DNA from: a virus | Length of the DNA: 64,000 nucleotides | Virus record (IMG/VR): IMGVR_UViG_3300012209_000006 | Coordinates: 16,493-80,492 of that record | Reading direction: 5' to 3' (one strand) | Shown here: positions 8,403-18,971 of the stretch, piece after piece | Position numbering within the stretch: the first letter of the stretch is position 1 | How the letters are laid out: each line of letters starts with the position of its first letter | Notes under the pieces: model-generated | Database searches by the model: none | What the model was told of the DNA's origin: nothing | Seen by the model: only the letters and a program-made list of their open reading frames with translations | Made by a program: the position numbers and the translations under genes

Positions 8403-10425
8403 AAGCAAGGTAGCAATGGACAGGTCGTGGCAGACTATTTGTACGACCAACGTTGATACCATATTAGCCTGGGACTCGGAGACCCCGAATGCGGGATGCG
8501 CGAGTGTGGCTAAGGATTCCGGAGTTTGTTTCTTAGAGACCGATGAGCCGGGGGTGATTGAGCGTTACGAGAAAGAAACAGGTCACTCATTCAAGACGTT
8601 TACCGTTCAGTCGCGCAAAGATAGATATCACTTCTATCTAGGCCAGACAGACGACACCAGAAGAGTGGGATCCATTACTCAAGGCGAACTTAAGTTCGGA
8701 TCATTTCGTCAAAATAATGCCTATTGCGTTTCGCCTGGATCGGTTCACCCTATCACCGGCCTGCCATACACAATTCATGATTCTTCCCCAATCATACCGG
8801 CGCCTAAAGCTCTCATTGATTGGTTGGTTTCTCAAGTCTCCAAAACTCAGTCTGCAGCTGCGGCAACAGCGCTCGGTGGAGAACTTATTCCTCACGGCGC
8901 AATTCATGCAGCCCTAGTCAGCGAAGCTGGTCGTCTGCGCAAGTTTGGGCACGAAGTGTCTGTGATCGAAACAGCGTTAATCAGTTGGGCTCACGCTCAC
9001 TGCGCGCCCCCCATTGATATATCTAAAGTGCAACAAATCGCCAAATCCATGGCGAACTATAAGCAAGAAGATCCTCGCTTAGAAGATCTAGTCAAATCTT
9101 TCAAGAATGCAGACGTGGAATTGATTCCGACTGGGAGCGAAACCGTAGAGAAGGAAATCGTCAGCAACGAATTGGAATATCCGTACTGGGCTTGGAACGG
9201 CACACTGTACGAAGACTTCGCATCTCTGTGTGGCGAGAATAATAAAGTTCCGAAAGAGTATTTCATCGAATCCATCAAGACAGTCGTAGGAGCTATATGC
9301 GGCCATCGTATTACACCGTTCAAGGCGCAGAGTCAGGAAGCTCGATTCTATACAGTTATGATTGGACCCGGCGGATGCGGCAAATCATCTGCGACAAAAT
9401 GGTCCCGGGATCTCTTCATTGGCACCGGCTTGATGTACGAGCTTTCACAAACTGGTGCGTTCATGAACATTGGATGCGCGCAGGGCAATTTTGCTTCGTC
9501 CTCCGGCCTGATCAAGAACGGATTTTCGAAACACGACAGAATTCTGCAGGTCTACGACGAGGCAACAACGTTGATCGAGAAGTTTGGCATAACAGGCTCC
9601 GGCGACTCATTCTTGGACGCGATTAACCAGATCTTCGAATCCGGAACCATGCCTCAACTGACGACCAAGGAAAGCAAAGACGTCTTGACAAAGATGGTCC
9701 ACAATAGTATACTTGGTTGCACAACGAAAGAGAAGTGGGCCTCGGCTTTCGTGAAGACAAACTCAGAGAGCTCCGGGTTCTTTCAGCGCCTTAACATCAT
9801 CACCAATGACTCTGACGAGCGCGTGGCGAATTGGTTGGAGCCTGATTTGTCTGCATTGCGCGAACGGTTTGTGCGCAAGATTCAGCCGTTGGAGTTTCAG
9901 GAAGTGGTCGTAAACAAAACTCCCGAGGCCGTCGACATTCTCGAAAAGTGGTATGCCGAAAGGCGCGCGGAGTGGAAGGAATTGCCGACGGATATCACGG
10001 GTCGAATCCAAGTTATGATTCATCGCAATGCCTCGCATCTCGCGTGGCTTATGAGCGGCGCTGATGTATTGCCTAATGCAGAGAAGGCGTCTGAGCCTAT
10101 CGAAGTGCTCTGTGATGAAGATATCATGGAGCGTTCGATCGCGCTGGCAGAGTATGAGCTAGCGGCCCGTACGGCCCATCAGCCAGCTCCAGGGCGCAAC
10201 GATTACGCCGTCATGGAGAGTTTGATCAAGACCTCGGTGAAGCGCCGTGGGCTCCTGGAAAGATCTAAGCTATACCGTGAAGTTCGCGGGGACCATTTTG
10301 GAACTCAGATTTTCGATAAGTGTATTCAGAATCTTGTGCATGAAGGCATCCTTAAGATCGGCCAGCGTGAAGGAGAAATAAGGCGCGGCAGAAAGGCGCA
10401 AATCGTGATGTGGGTCAACGATTAA
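8335..10425 (+). CDS. Primase-polymerase/PriCT plus helicase-like (DUF3987-type) replication protein
   Basis: Prim-Pol motifs (FLETD, HFYL, YCVSPGSVHP), PriCT-like helices, Walker A GPGGCGKS, Walker B VYDE. Confidence 0.8.
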   Translation: MSFKDLALPLAMRNVPVVRLQPKSKVAMDRSWQTICTTNVDTILAWDSETPNAGCASVAKDSGVCFLETDEPGVIERYEKETGHSFKTFTVQSRKDRYHFYLGQTDDTRRVGSITQGELKFGSFRQNNAYCVSPGSVHPITGLPYTIHDSSPIIPAPKALIDWLVSQVSKTQSAAAATALGGELIPHGAIHAALVSEAGRLRKFGHEVSVIETALISWAHAHCAPPIDISKVQQIAKSMANYKQEDPRLEDLVKSFKNADVELIPTGSETVEKEIVSNELEYPYWAWNGTLYEDFASLCGENNKVPKEYFIESIKTVVGAICGHRITPFKAQSQEARFYTVMIGPGGCGKSSATKWSRDLFIGTGLMYELSQTGAFMNIGCAQGNFASSSGLIKNGFSKHDRILQVYDEATTLIEKFGITGSGDSFLDAINQIFESGTMPQLTTKESKDVLTKMVHNSILGCTTKEKWASAFVKTNSESSGFFQRLNIITNDSDERVANWLEPDLSALRERFVRKIQPLEFQEVVVNKTPEAVDILEKWYAERRAEWKELPTDITGRIQVMIHRNASHLAWLMSGADVLPNAEKASEPIEVLCDEDIMERSIALAEYELAARTAHQPAPGRNDYAVMESLIKTSVKRRGLLERSKLYREVRGDHFGTQIFDKCIQNLVHEGILKIGQREGEIRRGRKAQIVMWVND

Positions 10426-12584
10426 TGAGTCGCGAACTACATTTCGATTTTGAAACGCGCAGCCCCCTCGACTTGAGCGAGGTCGGGGTTCATCGATATT
10501 TCGAACACCCCCAAACGCAGATCTTGATGGCAGCCTATGCCTTCGGCGACGGCGAAGTAGACGTGTGGGAGTGTCACAAAGAATCGATACCGGCCCGGTT
10601 TGAGAAGGCTCTGCGCGACCCCAATACTAAGAAGGTGGCGTGGAACATCGGCTTCGAGCACACGGCTACGCATAAGAGATTAGGAATTTTTATTCCGTTC
10701 GAAGAGACGAAAGACCCGTCAGTCGGCGCGCGCCATCTATCCATTCCCGGCAAGCTGGCAAACGTGGGTCGCGCTCTGGACTTGCCCCTAGAAGTCTACA
10801 AGAACGAACCGCGCGGCGCTGTTCTGCGTAAGCTGTTCACTGAGCCGGTACCGGTAAAGAAGCGCAAACAAGCCGAAGACAAAAACGTTCTGTTCGACAT
10901 ATCGCCTATAGAGGAACAAGAAGTAGAGCGCGAGTACGTCTTTAACGATCACAAGTCCCACCCTAAAGAGTGGGAGGAGTTTGTTGAATACTGCCGGCAG
11001 GACGTAGTAGCCGAGCGCGCAGTGGAGAAGTGCACAGACATTTTCCCTTTGACTGAGAAAGAACAGAAGATGTGGTACCTCGATCAGAAGATCAACCTGA
11101 CCGGTATTGCGTCCAACAAAGACTTCGCTAAGAAGTGTTTCGATATGGCGAAGAAAAACAGAAATGAATACACCGACAAGATTCGCGCCATCACCGGTCT
11201 GGAGAACCCCAACTCTAACCAGCAGATGCTCGCGTGGGTAAGTAAACGCGGCTATCCCTACAACTCCTTGCGTAAGGAGCCAGTTCGCGCGGCCCTCACA
11301 GATGAACAAGTCAAGATGACGGACGACTGCCGTTCGGCTCTTGACATTCTCAAATACTCCAAGAAAACCTCTTACACGAAACTGGAAGCAATGATCAACG
11401 CTCGTAGCGCTGACGGCCGCCTGCGAGATCAATTCATGTTCCTGGGCTCGCCTCGCGCGGGCCGGTGGACGGGACGAGATGTGCAGCTGCAAAATATGGC
11501 GCGTCCGATCAAGGCGATCGAAAAGAAGGGTGCGCTTGAGAAGGCGATCGGTCTAATCTTCGCCAACGATTACGAAGGGTTGAAACAAGCTTTCCCGAAG
11601 GATCCCCTCATTGAAGTGCTGACGTCGTGCATTCGTTCTGCCCTAGTTGCGGAGCCCGGCAATCGGCTCGACGTTTGTGACTTGAACGCGATTGAAAATC
11701 GAGTCCTGGGATGGGTCTCTGGCGAGGAAGCCATTCTGGATGTGTTCCGCGACGGCAAGTGCCCGTACCTGGACTTCGCTTCGTTCTGGTTCAACATTCC
11801 GTATGCTGTGATTGAAGCCGCGTACAACAACGACGACCCCGACGCCAAGTTCAAACGACAGATTTCAAAGCCCGCGGTTTTGGGCTGCGGCTACCGGCAG
11901 GCTGGTGGTGATTGGGGAAAGAACAAGTACGGCGACCGCGTCAAGACCGGTCTATGGAAATACGCCGAAGATATGTTCTGCCCGATGTCGAAAGATCAGG
12001 CACATGAAGCCGTAGCTATCTTCCGCGGCCGATTCAAGAAAGTTGTTCAGTTCTGGTACGATTCAGAGCGCGCGGTTATGCGCTGCATAAAGACAGGCGC
12101 ACCAGAGTGGCTCGGGCCAACGAATCTTATTTGGTGTGATCGCCGTAAGAGGAAAAACGGGCAATACATTCTTCGCATTCATCTTCCGTCCGGTCGTTGC
12201 TTGCATTATCTGAACGTTCATACCGAAGACCGTGAGCTCTCTGGTCGCGACGGAACTACCTACATGAAAGAGACGATCATCTATGATGGCGTTGATCAGA
12301 CCACTAAGATGTGGGGTCCGATCACCACGCACGGCGGAAAGCTGACCGAGAACATCGTGCAGGCTATCGCTCGAGATCTTCTGGTCGAAGGGCTGCTTAG
12401 GGCCGACGAGATAGGTATGAGAGTAGTTGCTCACGTTCATGACGAAATTATTTGTGAACAAGAAGATTCAGAACTCGCGCTGGGTTTAGACGACCTAATG
12501 TGGTGCATGTCGGCGCCTGTAGATTGGGCTCCTGGACTTCCCCTTAAAGCAGGAGGATGGAGTGGAAAATATTACAAAAAGTAG
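10425..12584 (+). CDS. Family A DNA polymerase with 3'-5' exonuclease
   Basis: DFET exonuclease motif, GRW...QLQN, DLNAIE motif A, K...LGCGY motif B, HVHDE motif C; TAATG start at 10425. Confidence 0.93.
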   Translation: MSRELHFDFETRSPLDLSEVGVHRYFEHPQTQILMAAYAFGDGEVDVWECHKESIPARFEKALRDPNTKKVAWNIGFEHTATHKRLGIFIPFEETKDPSVGARHLSIPGKLANVGRALDLPLEVYKNEPRGAVLRKLFTEPVPVKKRKQAEDKNVLFDISPIEEQEVEREYVFNDHKSHPKEWEEFVEYCRQDVVAERAVEKCTDIFPLTEKEQKMWYLDQKINLTGIASNKDFAKKCFDMAKKNRNEYTDKIRAITGLENPNSNQQMLAWVSKRGYPYNSLRKEPVRAALTDEQVKMTDDCRSALDILKYSKKTSYTKLEAMINARSADGRLRDQFMFLGSPRAGRWTGRDVQLQNMARPIKAIEKKGALEKAIGLIFANDYEGLKQAFPKDPLIEVLTSCIRSALVAEPGNRLDVCDLNAIENRVLGWVSGEEAILDVFRDGKCPYLDFASFWFNIPYAVIEAAYNNDDPDAKFKRQISKPAVLGCGYRQAGGDWGKNKYGDRVKTGLWKYAEDMFCPMSKDQAHEAVAIFRGRFKKVVQFWYDSERAVMRCIKTGAPEWLGPTNLIWCDRRKRKNGQYILRIHLPSGRCLHYLNVHTEDRELSGRDGTTYMKETIIYDGVDQTTKMWGPITTHGGKLTENIVQAIARDLLVEGLLRADEIGMRVVAHVHDEIICEQEDSELALGLDDLMWCMSAPVDWAPGLPLKAGGWSGKYYKK

Positions 12585-12981
12585 CGCTGAAAAAGCGAAA
12601 TTGTGGAGGCAGGCAAACCCAGAAAAAGCTAGAGAAATTCATCGCAGACATGTAGAAAGAAATAGAGATAAAATTAACGCTAGAAACAGAGCCAGATACA
12701 CTACCGACGGCCGTTGGGAAAAACAGCTTAGAGATCGTTTTGATATGACGGCTGAGCAGTATTGGAATCTACACAACAAGCAAAATGGATTGTGTGCAAT
12801 CTGCGGTAAGCCTCAGTGCGTAGGAACCAAATTAGACGTCGATCACGACCACGTAACTGGAAAAGTCAGGGGTCTACTTTGTAGGCATTGTAACGCAGGA
12901 ATAGGGATGCTAAAAGATAGCGTAGGTTTATTACTGCAGGCTTTAAGATATTTGCTTGACAGCGGCTCTTCGTTGTGGTAA
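12562..12981 (+). CDS. Free-standing endonuclease VII homing endonuclease
   Basis: CAICGK...VDHDHVTGKVRGLLCRHCN; visibly AT-richer than neighbours. Confidence 0.9.
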   Translation: MENITKSSAEKAKLWRQANPEKAREIHRRHVERNRDKINARNRARYTTDGRWEKQLRDRFDMTAEQYWNLHNKQNGLCAICGKPQCVGTKLDVDHDHVTGKVRGLLCRHCNAGIGMLKDSVGLLLQALRYLLDSGSSLW

Positions 12982-13001
12982 AGTCTCAAGAGTGAGGAAA
13001 C

Positions 13002-14015
13002 ATGACAAAGCTTGATCCAGTAGTCGTAACCGGAGATTTGATCCTGCTCGACCCAGAGCAGCGCGTCCAGTTCTATATCCAGACGTGCGAGTCTATGGGT
13101 CTGAATCCTCTGACGCGTCCTCTCCAGTATTTCGAGCAAATCGATCGCAACGGAAAACGTAATCTGATCCTGTACGCGCTCCGCGGCGCCTCGACGCAGC
13201 TGAGCAAGAAACACAATCTCAGTTCTACGATCGCGAATCAGAACACCACGTTTTCGGGCGAAGTCGCGGTATTCGAAGCCACAGTCAAAGATCCGTCAGG
13301 GCGAACTGAATCCGCGATCGGTGTCGTATCCCTTAAAGGTTTGGTCGGCAAAGAATACGCAGACGCCATTATGGCAGCCCAGACGAAAGCAAAGCGTCGC
13401 GCAGTGCTGGACTTCGTTGGCTCCGGTCTTCTGGATGAAACGGAAGTAGAAGGCATGCGTGGAGCCGTAGTCGAAGTTATGGATGCGGCCCTTGTGGGAT
13501 ATGTGCCCATTCCATCGGCACCGACAGTTAGCAACGCGCCGGCTACGGAGGTTATTTCAGCGCCGAATATCGATCCAAAAATAATCGAAGCCGGAAACGC
13601 GCTCACCAATCGCGCGGTTGAACAGCTTCAAGAGATGTTGAAAATAGCGGATCAGGTTTCAGGTTCGGCCCCCACGACGTCAATTACTCCGAAGTGTTTG
13701 ACGATAGATTCTAAAATGGTCGGCGATTCATCACAGCCGATCGAACCTTTTGTGCTGGAAGCACCTCCCTCAAAAGCAGACATGGACAAGATTACCGCGC
13801 GCCTTAACGTGTATCGTAGAGACGTCTTGCAACGCGGCGGTATGCGGCCTTCGAAGGGCTTCGGTATTGCGGCGAAGTGGGAGAAGTTCATGAGGAAGAA
13901 GGCTCCCAACAAATCAGTCGAAGAGTATAATACATTGCTCACGCTCCTGGACGACACTCTCAAACAGGCGGGTGAAGGCGCTGTAGTGCACTTCATCGAA
14001 CAGGATATCACTTGA
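13002..14015 (+). CDS. Single-strand annealing/recombination protein (RecT/Beta-like)
   Basis: GDL..LDPEQRVQFY...GLNPLTRP...LYA...MAAQTKAKRRA pattern; neighbours UvrD and a RecB-type nuclease. Confidence 0.65.
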   Translation: MTKLDPVVVTGDLILLDPEQRVQFYIQTCESMGLNPLTRPLQYFEQIDRNGKRNLILYALRGASTQLSKKHNLSSTIANQNTTFSGEVAVFEATVKDPSGRTESAIGVVSLKGLVGKEYADAIMAAQTKAKRRAVLDFVGSGLLDETEVEGMRGAVVEVMDAALVGYVPIPSAPTVSNAPATEVISAPNIDPKIIEAGNALTNRAVEQLQEMLKIADQVSGSAPTTSITPKCLTIDSKMVGDSSQPIEPFVLEAPPSKADMDKITARLNVYRRDVLQRGGMRPSKGFGIAAKWEKFMRKKAPNKSVEEYNTLLTLLDDTLKQAGEGAVVHFIEQDIT

Positions 14016-15904
14016 GTTTCCCGCTCAACCCCGAACAGCTTGAGGCCGTAAACTTTCGCGAAGGCTATGCTGTGGTTCAGTCCGGCCCCGGCTCAGGGAA
14101 AACGCGCACGACAGTAGAGCGCGTCCATTCCATCCTCGAAGAGGGCTATCCGCCAGACAATATTCTGGCACTGACCTTCACGCGCGAGGCCGCGCTCGAG
14201 ATGGCCAAACGCGCAAAGCTTCCGGAGGACCAGAAAATATTTCGAACGTTCCACAGCTTCTGCCTCGAACTCGTGCACCGAGAGCGGGACAAGCTTCCGT
14301 TCCAGCTTCTGCACGCACCGCCGGAGCCGGGACAGCAGCGAAAGCTTATCGGTACGCTGTGTCGCGAGAACCGTTTGGACTTCAAGGGTTTGGTTAGCTA
14401 CATCTCGGCGATGAAGCGCAAAGGCTTGTCTACCGATGAAGCTATGGAAGAAGCTTTGGGCGCCAAGGGGCTTCATCTAGCGGTTGCGTACAAGAAGTAT
14501 GAACTCAAGTGCCGCGAAGAAGGCTGGCTGGATTTCGATTCGATGCTGGTAGAGAGCGTCAAGCTGCTGGAAAACAATCCAGAAGTTTTGTCGCGTTGGC
14601 AATACAAGTTCGTGCTTGTGGACGAAGCCCAGGACACAGACGACATTCAGTGGAAATTGGTTGAGCTACTTTCGAAGGAGAACAAAAATGTATTCGCTGT
14701 TGGAGACGAAGAACAACTAATCTACGCTTGGCGGGGGGCACAGCCCAACGGACTTTCTAAGTTTGGCGAGCGCTTTCCTGGAAGCAGAACCATCTTTCTT
14801 TTCCGCAATTACCGTTCTACTAGGCAGATCGTGGAGTTTTGCAAGAAGTTTGCGCCTAAGAAAAGCGAGCTCATTGATCGTATGGTATCCGAAGTCGGTG
14901 ATGGACCAGTTCCGGTTGTGCGCCTGTTTGGGTCCGACTCAGACGAAGCTTCAAAGATTCTTTCGTCCGTCGTGGAGCCCGAACGAACCGCAATTCTCAC
15001 GCGCACGAACCGTCAGCTCTCGCGCTTCGAGAATGCGTGCATTGATCGGGGAATTAAGTATAACCTGTTGGGGCGAAGTGGGTTTTGGGTTCAGCCAGAA
15101 GTAAAGTATCTTTTGGCATATGCCCAAGCTACAGAGTTTCCGTCCGACGCCGCGGTCAAGTCTATCATTCAATCTCCATACCGGGAGACGAAATATCTCA
15201 AGAAGAAAGACTTAATTTCTGCCCTGGACACTCACGCGAAGAGCGAGAAGGTTGTCACAGGTAAGTCTACGCCCTACATAAAGCTTATGACGGATCCGGC
15301 TATCTTGAGGCAGTTCACAGATCAGCAGTGTGACAACATCAAACGGGCGGCACAGTTCATTCGATCGTTCAGGCAGCCCGGCGTCACTCCTACGGCGGCG
15401 TTACAGAATACGCTTGACAGAGCAGACGTGAAGGTGTACTATGAAACTGAGGAGGAAAGCGACGGAGACAACGACGCTATAGAAAACATCAATGAGCTTA
15501 GTAAAATTGCAACAAGATACAAAACAGTTCCAGAGTTCCTCGACTTCGCGAGAAAAGCTATTGCTGCCTCCCGTAAATCTAAGCAACCACGACTCACATT
15601 GTCCACTGTGCATCGGTCAAAAGGGAGAGAGTTCGACTTCGTTTTTGTTACAGGCATTAATGAAGGTATGTTCCCTCATAAAAAAGGTGATATAAACGAA
15701 GAGAAACGAATTTTTTATGTCGCTTGTACGAGGGCGGCAAAACGATTAACCGTTTCTTGTTTTGGGAAACCTTCCTGTTTTTTGGAGACGCTTTTAAATG
15801 AGAAAGAAAACAAGATTTGCGAGATTGTATCGGGCGAGAAACAAAGCGAAGGGCCTGTGTGGGTGCGGTCGCAAGCCCTTCTTGGATTTGAAAACTTGTC
15901 CTAA
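14012..15904 (+). CDS. UvrD/Rep superfamily 1 helicase
   Basis: GPGSGKT, VDEAQD, VGDEEQLIYAWRG, NYRST, TVHRSKGREF, FYVACTRA. Confidence 0.93.
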   Translation: MSFPLNPEQLEAVNFREGYAVVQSGPGSGKTRTTVERVHSILEEGYPPDNILALTFTREAALEMAKRAKLPEDQKIFRTFHSFCLELVHRERDKLPFQLLHAPPEPGQQRKLIGTLCRENRLDFKGLVSYISAMKRKGLSTDEAMEEALGAKGLHLAVAYKKYELKCREEGWLDFDSMLVESVKLLENNPEVLSRWQYKFVLVDEAQDTDDIQWKLVELLSKENKNVFAVGDEEQLIYAWRGAQPNGLSKFGERFPGSRTIFLFRNYRSTRQIVEFCKKFAPKKSELIDRMVSEVGDGPVPVVRLFGSDSDEASKILSSVVEPERTAILTRTNRQLSRFENACIDRGIKYNLLGRSGFWVQPEVKYLLAYAQATEFPSDAAVKSIIQSPYRETKYLKKKDLISALDTHAKSEKVVTGKSTPYIKLMTDPAILRQFTDQQCDNIKRAAQFIRSFRQPGVTPTAALQNTLDRADVKVYYETEEESDGDNDAIENINELSKIATRYKTVPEFLDFARKAIAASRKSKQPRLTLSTVHRSKGREFDFVFVTGINEGMFPHKKGDINEEKRIFYVACTRAAKRLTVSCFGKPSCFLETLLNEKENKICEIVSGEKQSEGPVWVRSQALLGFENLS

Positions 15905-16307
15905 GTGCCTCGAATTTAATAAGGATCTCCGACGCAGATACAGAAAAGCCGGACTATGCTGGTGTAGTAGACCTATAGATATTCCCGGATTTAAACATTG
16001 CTCGGTGTGCAGGGCAGCTGTTAACGCTATTACGCGGCAGATGAAACTGGATGTCATAAAAGCTTATGGGGGTAAATGCAAATGTCCTGGAGGCTGTTCA
16101 GTTACGGAGATTGATTGGCTTACTATAGATCACATCGATGGCGGGGGCATTCGGCACAGGAAAGAGTTGAAAATGTTAGGACAAAGTTTCTATCGTTGGT
16201 TAAGAGATCATGGATTTCCTAAGAAAGAGTTTCGTTTGTTGTGTTATAATTGTAATATGTCTCGAGGACATTTAGGAAAATGCCCTCACGAAAGAGGTAT
16301 TCACTAA
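15798..16307 (+). CDS. HNH homing endonuclease
   Basis: Cys-rich N-terminus; CKCPGGC...TIDHIDGGG...LLCYNCN. Confidence 0.85.
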   Translation: MRKKTRFARLYRARNKAKGLCGCGRKPFLDLKTCPKCLEFNKDLRRRYRKAGLCWCSRPIDIPGFKHCSVCRAAVNAITRQMKLDVIKAYGGKCKCPGGCSVTEIDWLTIDHIDGGGIRHRKELKMLGQSFYRWLRDHGFPKKEFRLLCYNCNMSRGHLGKCPHERGIH

Positions 16308-17518
16308 TGGCCTTTCTTTATATAGACTCGTCTGGCGAAGAGCGTAACCGACACTCTTACAGTGCTGGTCTAGAGTTCGATCATTCCCCATTGAAATATT
16401 GGCTTCACCGCGTTATGGGTTGGCGCCAGAAGGATACCAACGCCGCGCTTCTGTTTGGTCGTGCCCTCGAAGACGCCATTCAGTTTTACCATGAGACGAA
16501 TCGTAGATCAGGTGAAGACGAGTTCATTCGCCTGTGGACGTTGGCGAAAGACAAGACTTTGGTTTACACGAAGAAGGAGGTGAGTTGGGAAAGTCTTCTT
16601 CGCGCGGGCCGGGAAATGATGCGCCTTTACGCGATACGGCAGCCATCTCTTCCGATTCCGATCGACACCATTTTTCAACGTGCGTTCGCCAAAGAGATCT
16701 TTCCAGGCAACGAGAAGTACGGCGGCATCGAGTTCTACGCCAAGTTAGATATGATTGCCTATGCGCCGCCAGATCATCCAATGCTCCCCAAGATGGAGTG
16801 GAAAGAATCCTACGGCTTGCTTCGGCCCGTGATCGTGGACATCAAAACGAGCGGCATCGATCTAGACGACACGTTCGGGATCGTCGGTCACGACCTGCAG
16901 CTGCGTACTTATGCTTGGGTGAAAGGCTCTTACGACGTCGCATTCCTGTGGTTTAAGAAGTGCGGGCACAAACTCAAGAAGGGCTGTAGCGTAACGCTGT
17001 TGGTTGATTCGGATCGATTCCTGGCCGGAGACGAGGCCGTGATTGCGTCCGTAGAAGGTGACAGTGCGTATCTCGTCGGCAACGACGATATGATTGAGGA
17101 AATGAGAAAGGCGCAGGGGTTCAGAGAAGGAACCAACTCTCTAGATACCACCAAGGCCGCCAAAGCCCGCGCCGCTGCGTGGCGTGAAGCCAACGCTGTG
17201 CTGGTGAAGGGTGAGAATATCACCCGGCAGCGGATGCAGTTCAGCGCTGCCCGCGTAGACCCTAAGAGCGCGGACGATGCAGGACAAATCGCGGCAGATC
17301 AGATCGTTCGTATCGTCAACGCCTGGGAAGCCAATCGGTGGACCAATACCTTCGGAGTGCGGTTCCCGCATGACGATCGTAAGGATCCTTATTTCAAAGC
17401 TTTTGTCTTGCGCGACAACGTATTTCGTGATAGTATGTTTGAGCAGAAAGCAGAAGAAGATTTGAACGATTATTTTGACGAGCCGGACGAGCTCAATGAG
17501 CCTGAGGAGGCTGAATAA
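16307..17518 (+). CDS. PD-(D/E)XK RecB/Cas4-like nuclease
   Basis: ALLFGRALEDA, KLDMI, IVDIKT, QLRTYA motifs; TAATG start. Confidence 0.8.
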   Translation: MAFLYIDSSGEERNRHSYSAGLEFDHSPLKYWLHRVMGWRQKDTNAALLFGRALEDAIQFYHETNRRSGEDEFIRLWTLAKDKTLVYTKKEVSWESLLRAGREMMRLYAIRQPSLPIPIDTIFQRAFAKEIFPGNEKYGGIEFYAKLDMIAYAPPDHPMLPKMEWKESYGLLRPVIVDIKTSGIDLDDTFGIVGHDLQLRTYAWVKGSYDVAFLWFKKCGHKLKKGCSVTLLVDSDRFLAGDEAVIASVEGDSAYLVGNDDMIEEMRKAQGFREGTNSLDTTKAAKARAAAWREANAVLVKGENITRQRMQFSAARVDPKSADDAGQIAADQIVRIVNAWEANRWTNTFGVRFPHDDRKDPYFKAFVLRDNVFRDSMFEQKAEEDLNDYFDEPDELNEPEEAE

Positions 17519-18081
17519 TGTTGGTTCGATGCAAGACTCAAGATTGCCCCCACGCAATAACTTTACCCGATGATCGGGCATCAAAAAGTTCTGTTTATGT
17601 TTGCTCGGAATGTTCTCGAATTGATTCCTCCGAGGATCTTCTTCATTTTCAGAATTATGCATTTGATCCGGAGCTAGGAACGCGCAAAACCCCTCGGCGA
17701 GGAGAAGTAGAAGCGCACAACGCCATAAACGGAAAAGGATCTCATTTTAGTCGGAAGAGCTCGGGTTTTTCTGTCATACAAGTAAAGAAAGAAAATAGAA
17801 CAACGCCAACACCCGAATGGGCCAAAACGAATGAAGGCATTCAAAAAATTTTATTAACAGCTTTTCCGAAACTTCATGTTAACGCTTTGCAACGAAAACG
17901 GGCCGGTAGATGGGCACAAATCATTCAATTGTATTTTCGCGAAGGTTTGGTTTTTTCGGTGGTTGCCGAGGAATTGTTAGAGAAACCAAGAGCAATAGAG
18001 ATGGTAATTCGTAGCATAATCTGGACATCAAAAGGTATGCGGGCTAACGGATCAGGGCCAAGAACCAGAATCGTGACGTAG
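17518..18081 (+). CDS. Putative transcription regulator (Zn-binding N-terminus, sigma region 4-like HTH)
   Basis: CKTQDC..VCSEC; C-terminal IIQLYFREGLVFSVVAEELLEKPRAIEMVI resembles a region 4 HTH. Confidence 0.45.
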   Translation: MLVRCKTQDCPHAITLPDDRASKSSVYVCSECSRIDSSEDLLHFQNYAFDPELGTRKTPRRGEVEAHNAINGKGSHFSRKSSGFSVIQVKKENRTTPTPEWAKTNEGIQKILLTAFPKLHVNALQRKRAGRWAQIIQLYFREGLVFSVVAEELLEKPRAIEMVIRSIIWTSKGMRANGSGPRTRIVT

Positions 18082-18102
18082 TTTTAAAGACATAATGGAG
18101 GG
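18072..18102 (+). repeat. 31-bp direct repeat copy 1, promoter-like
   Basis: CGTGACGTAGTTTTAAAGACATAATGGAGGG, identical at 20899-20929. Confidence 0.9.
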
Positions 18103-18183
18103 CAGGAATAGAGCCCTAAAGGAACCCACAAGCCGGCGTAGTTTAAGGTGCCGGGTTCCGCCCTCCAACGTTTTAAGGAAAAC

Positions 18184-18624
18184 ATGTCGAAAGTCTTAGT
18201 CCATACATGCTATTCCATAGAGGCAGGCGACCCGAAGCCGACGATATGTGCTTGTAGGAAGTTTGTTTCCAGCGCTGTATCAAAGAAGCTGTTGGCCGAG
18301 GGTTTGGCAGAGTACGTGCTTAAGTACGATCGCAAAGTACCTTACCACTCTGGAACCGAAGTTTGCTTGGTGAACAGAAAGAAATCGACGCCCAGAGCCG
18401 CCACAATCGAAAAGGCTCACATTCTGAGAGCATATGTTGCAGGCGATTTGGAAGAGCAAGAGCGAATAAATGAGTACGGTCGAATGGCCAAAGATTTGAG
18501 AAATGGGATTACCAAACTTTACGACGACGCAGAACACCGCGCGGCCGAGAAGAAGTACCGCGGTCGGGACTACTCGATAGTCGACGGCGGAGATATGTTA
18601 AGGCCCCTGGAGGCTAAGCAATGA
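18184..18624 (+). CDS. Hypothetical protein
   Basis: AAGGAA RBS before ATG 18184; ATGA coupling downstream. Confidence 0.7.
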   Translation: MSKVLVHTCYSIEAGDPKPTICACRKFVSSAVSKKLLAEGLAEYVLKYDRKVPYHSGTEVCLVNRKKSTPRAATIEKAHILRAYVAGDLEEQERINEYGRMAKDLRNGITKLYDDAEHRAAEKKYRGRDYSIVDGGDMLRPLEAKQ

Positions 18625-18956
18625 TCAAGATCAACGTATTGTCGCCGGCGCAGAAGGCCGTCGCGGCCGCGGTATTGAAGTTCCAAGAGGAATTCTATAA
18701 TCGATCTTTCTCTGGTCGCAACCCAGAGCTCGGCAAGATGATCAAGTGTGCGCAATGTGGACGGCGCCATAGGGATGCGGTCAAGCATGAGCTCATCAAG
18801 TATGCCGACAAGCCCGGGACACCAGAAGGCCAGAGCAACCCTATGGTCGCGGAGCCGAAGCATTTTCACGGCGTCGCCAACCCGTTCTGGCGTGCGAAGC
18901 CCGGAAAAAACATGTGGATTCCTGAGTTGAAAAAGTACGTCAATCTCACCCGATAG
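18621..18956 (+). CDS. Hypothetical protein with CxxC
   Basis: CAQCGRRH; translationally coupled. Confidence 0.7.
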   Translation: MIKINVLSPAQKAVAAAVLKFQEEFYNRSFSGRNPELGKMIKCAQCGRRHRDAVKHELIKYADKPGTPEGQSNPMVAEPKHFHGVANPFWRAKPGKNMWIPELKKYVNLTR

Positions 18957-18971
18957 GAAAGAGGAAACTCG

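Noticed and set aside
16307-17518. CRISPR-Cas locus suggested by the Cas4-like nuclease
   Set aside because: No repeat-spacer array or other cas genes seen; context is a recombination module with annealing protein and UvrD.
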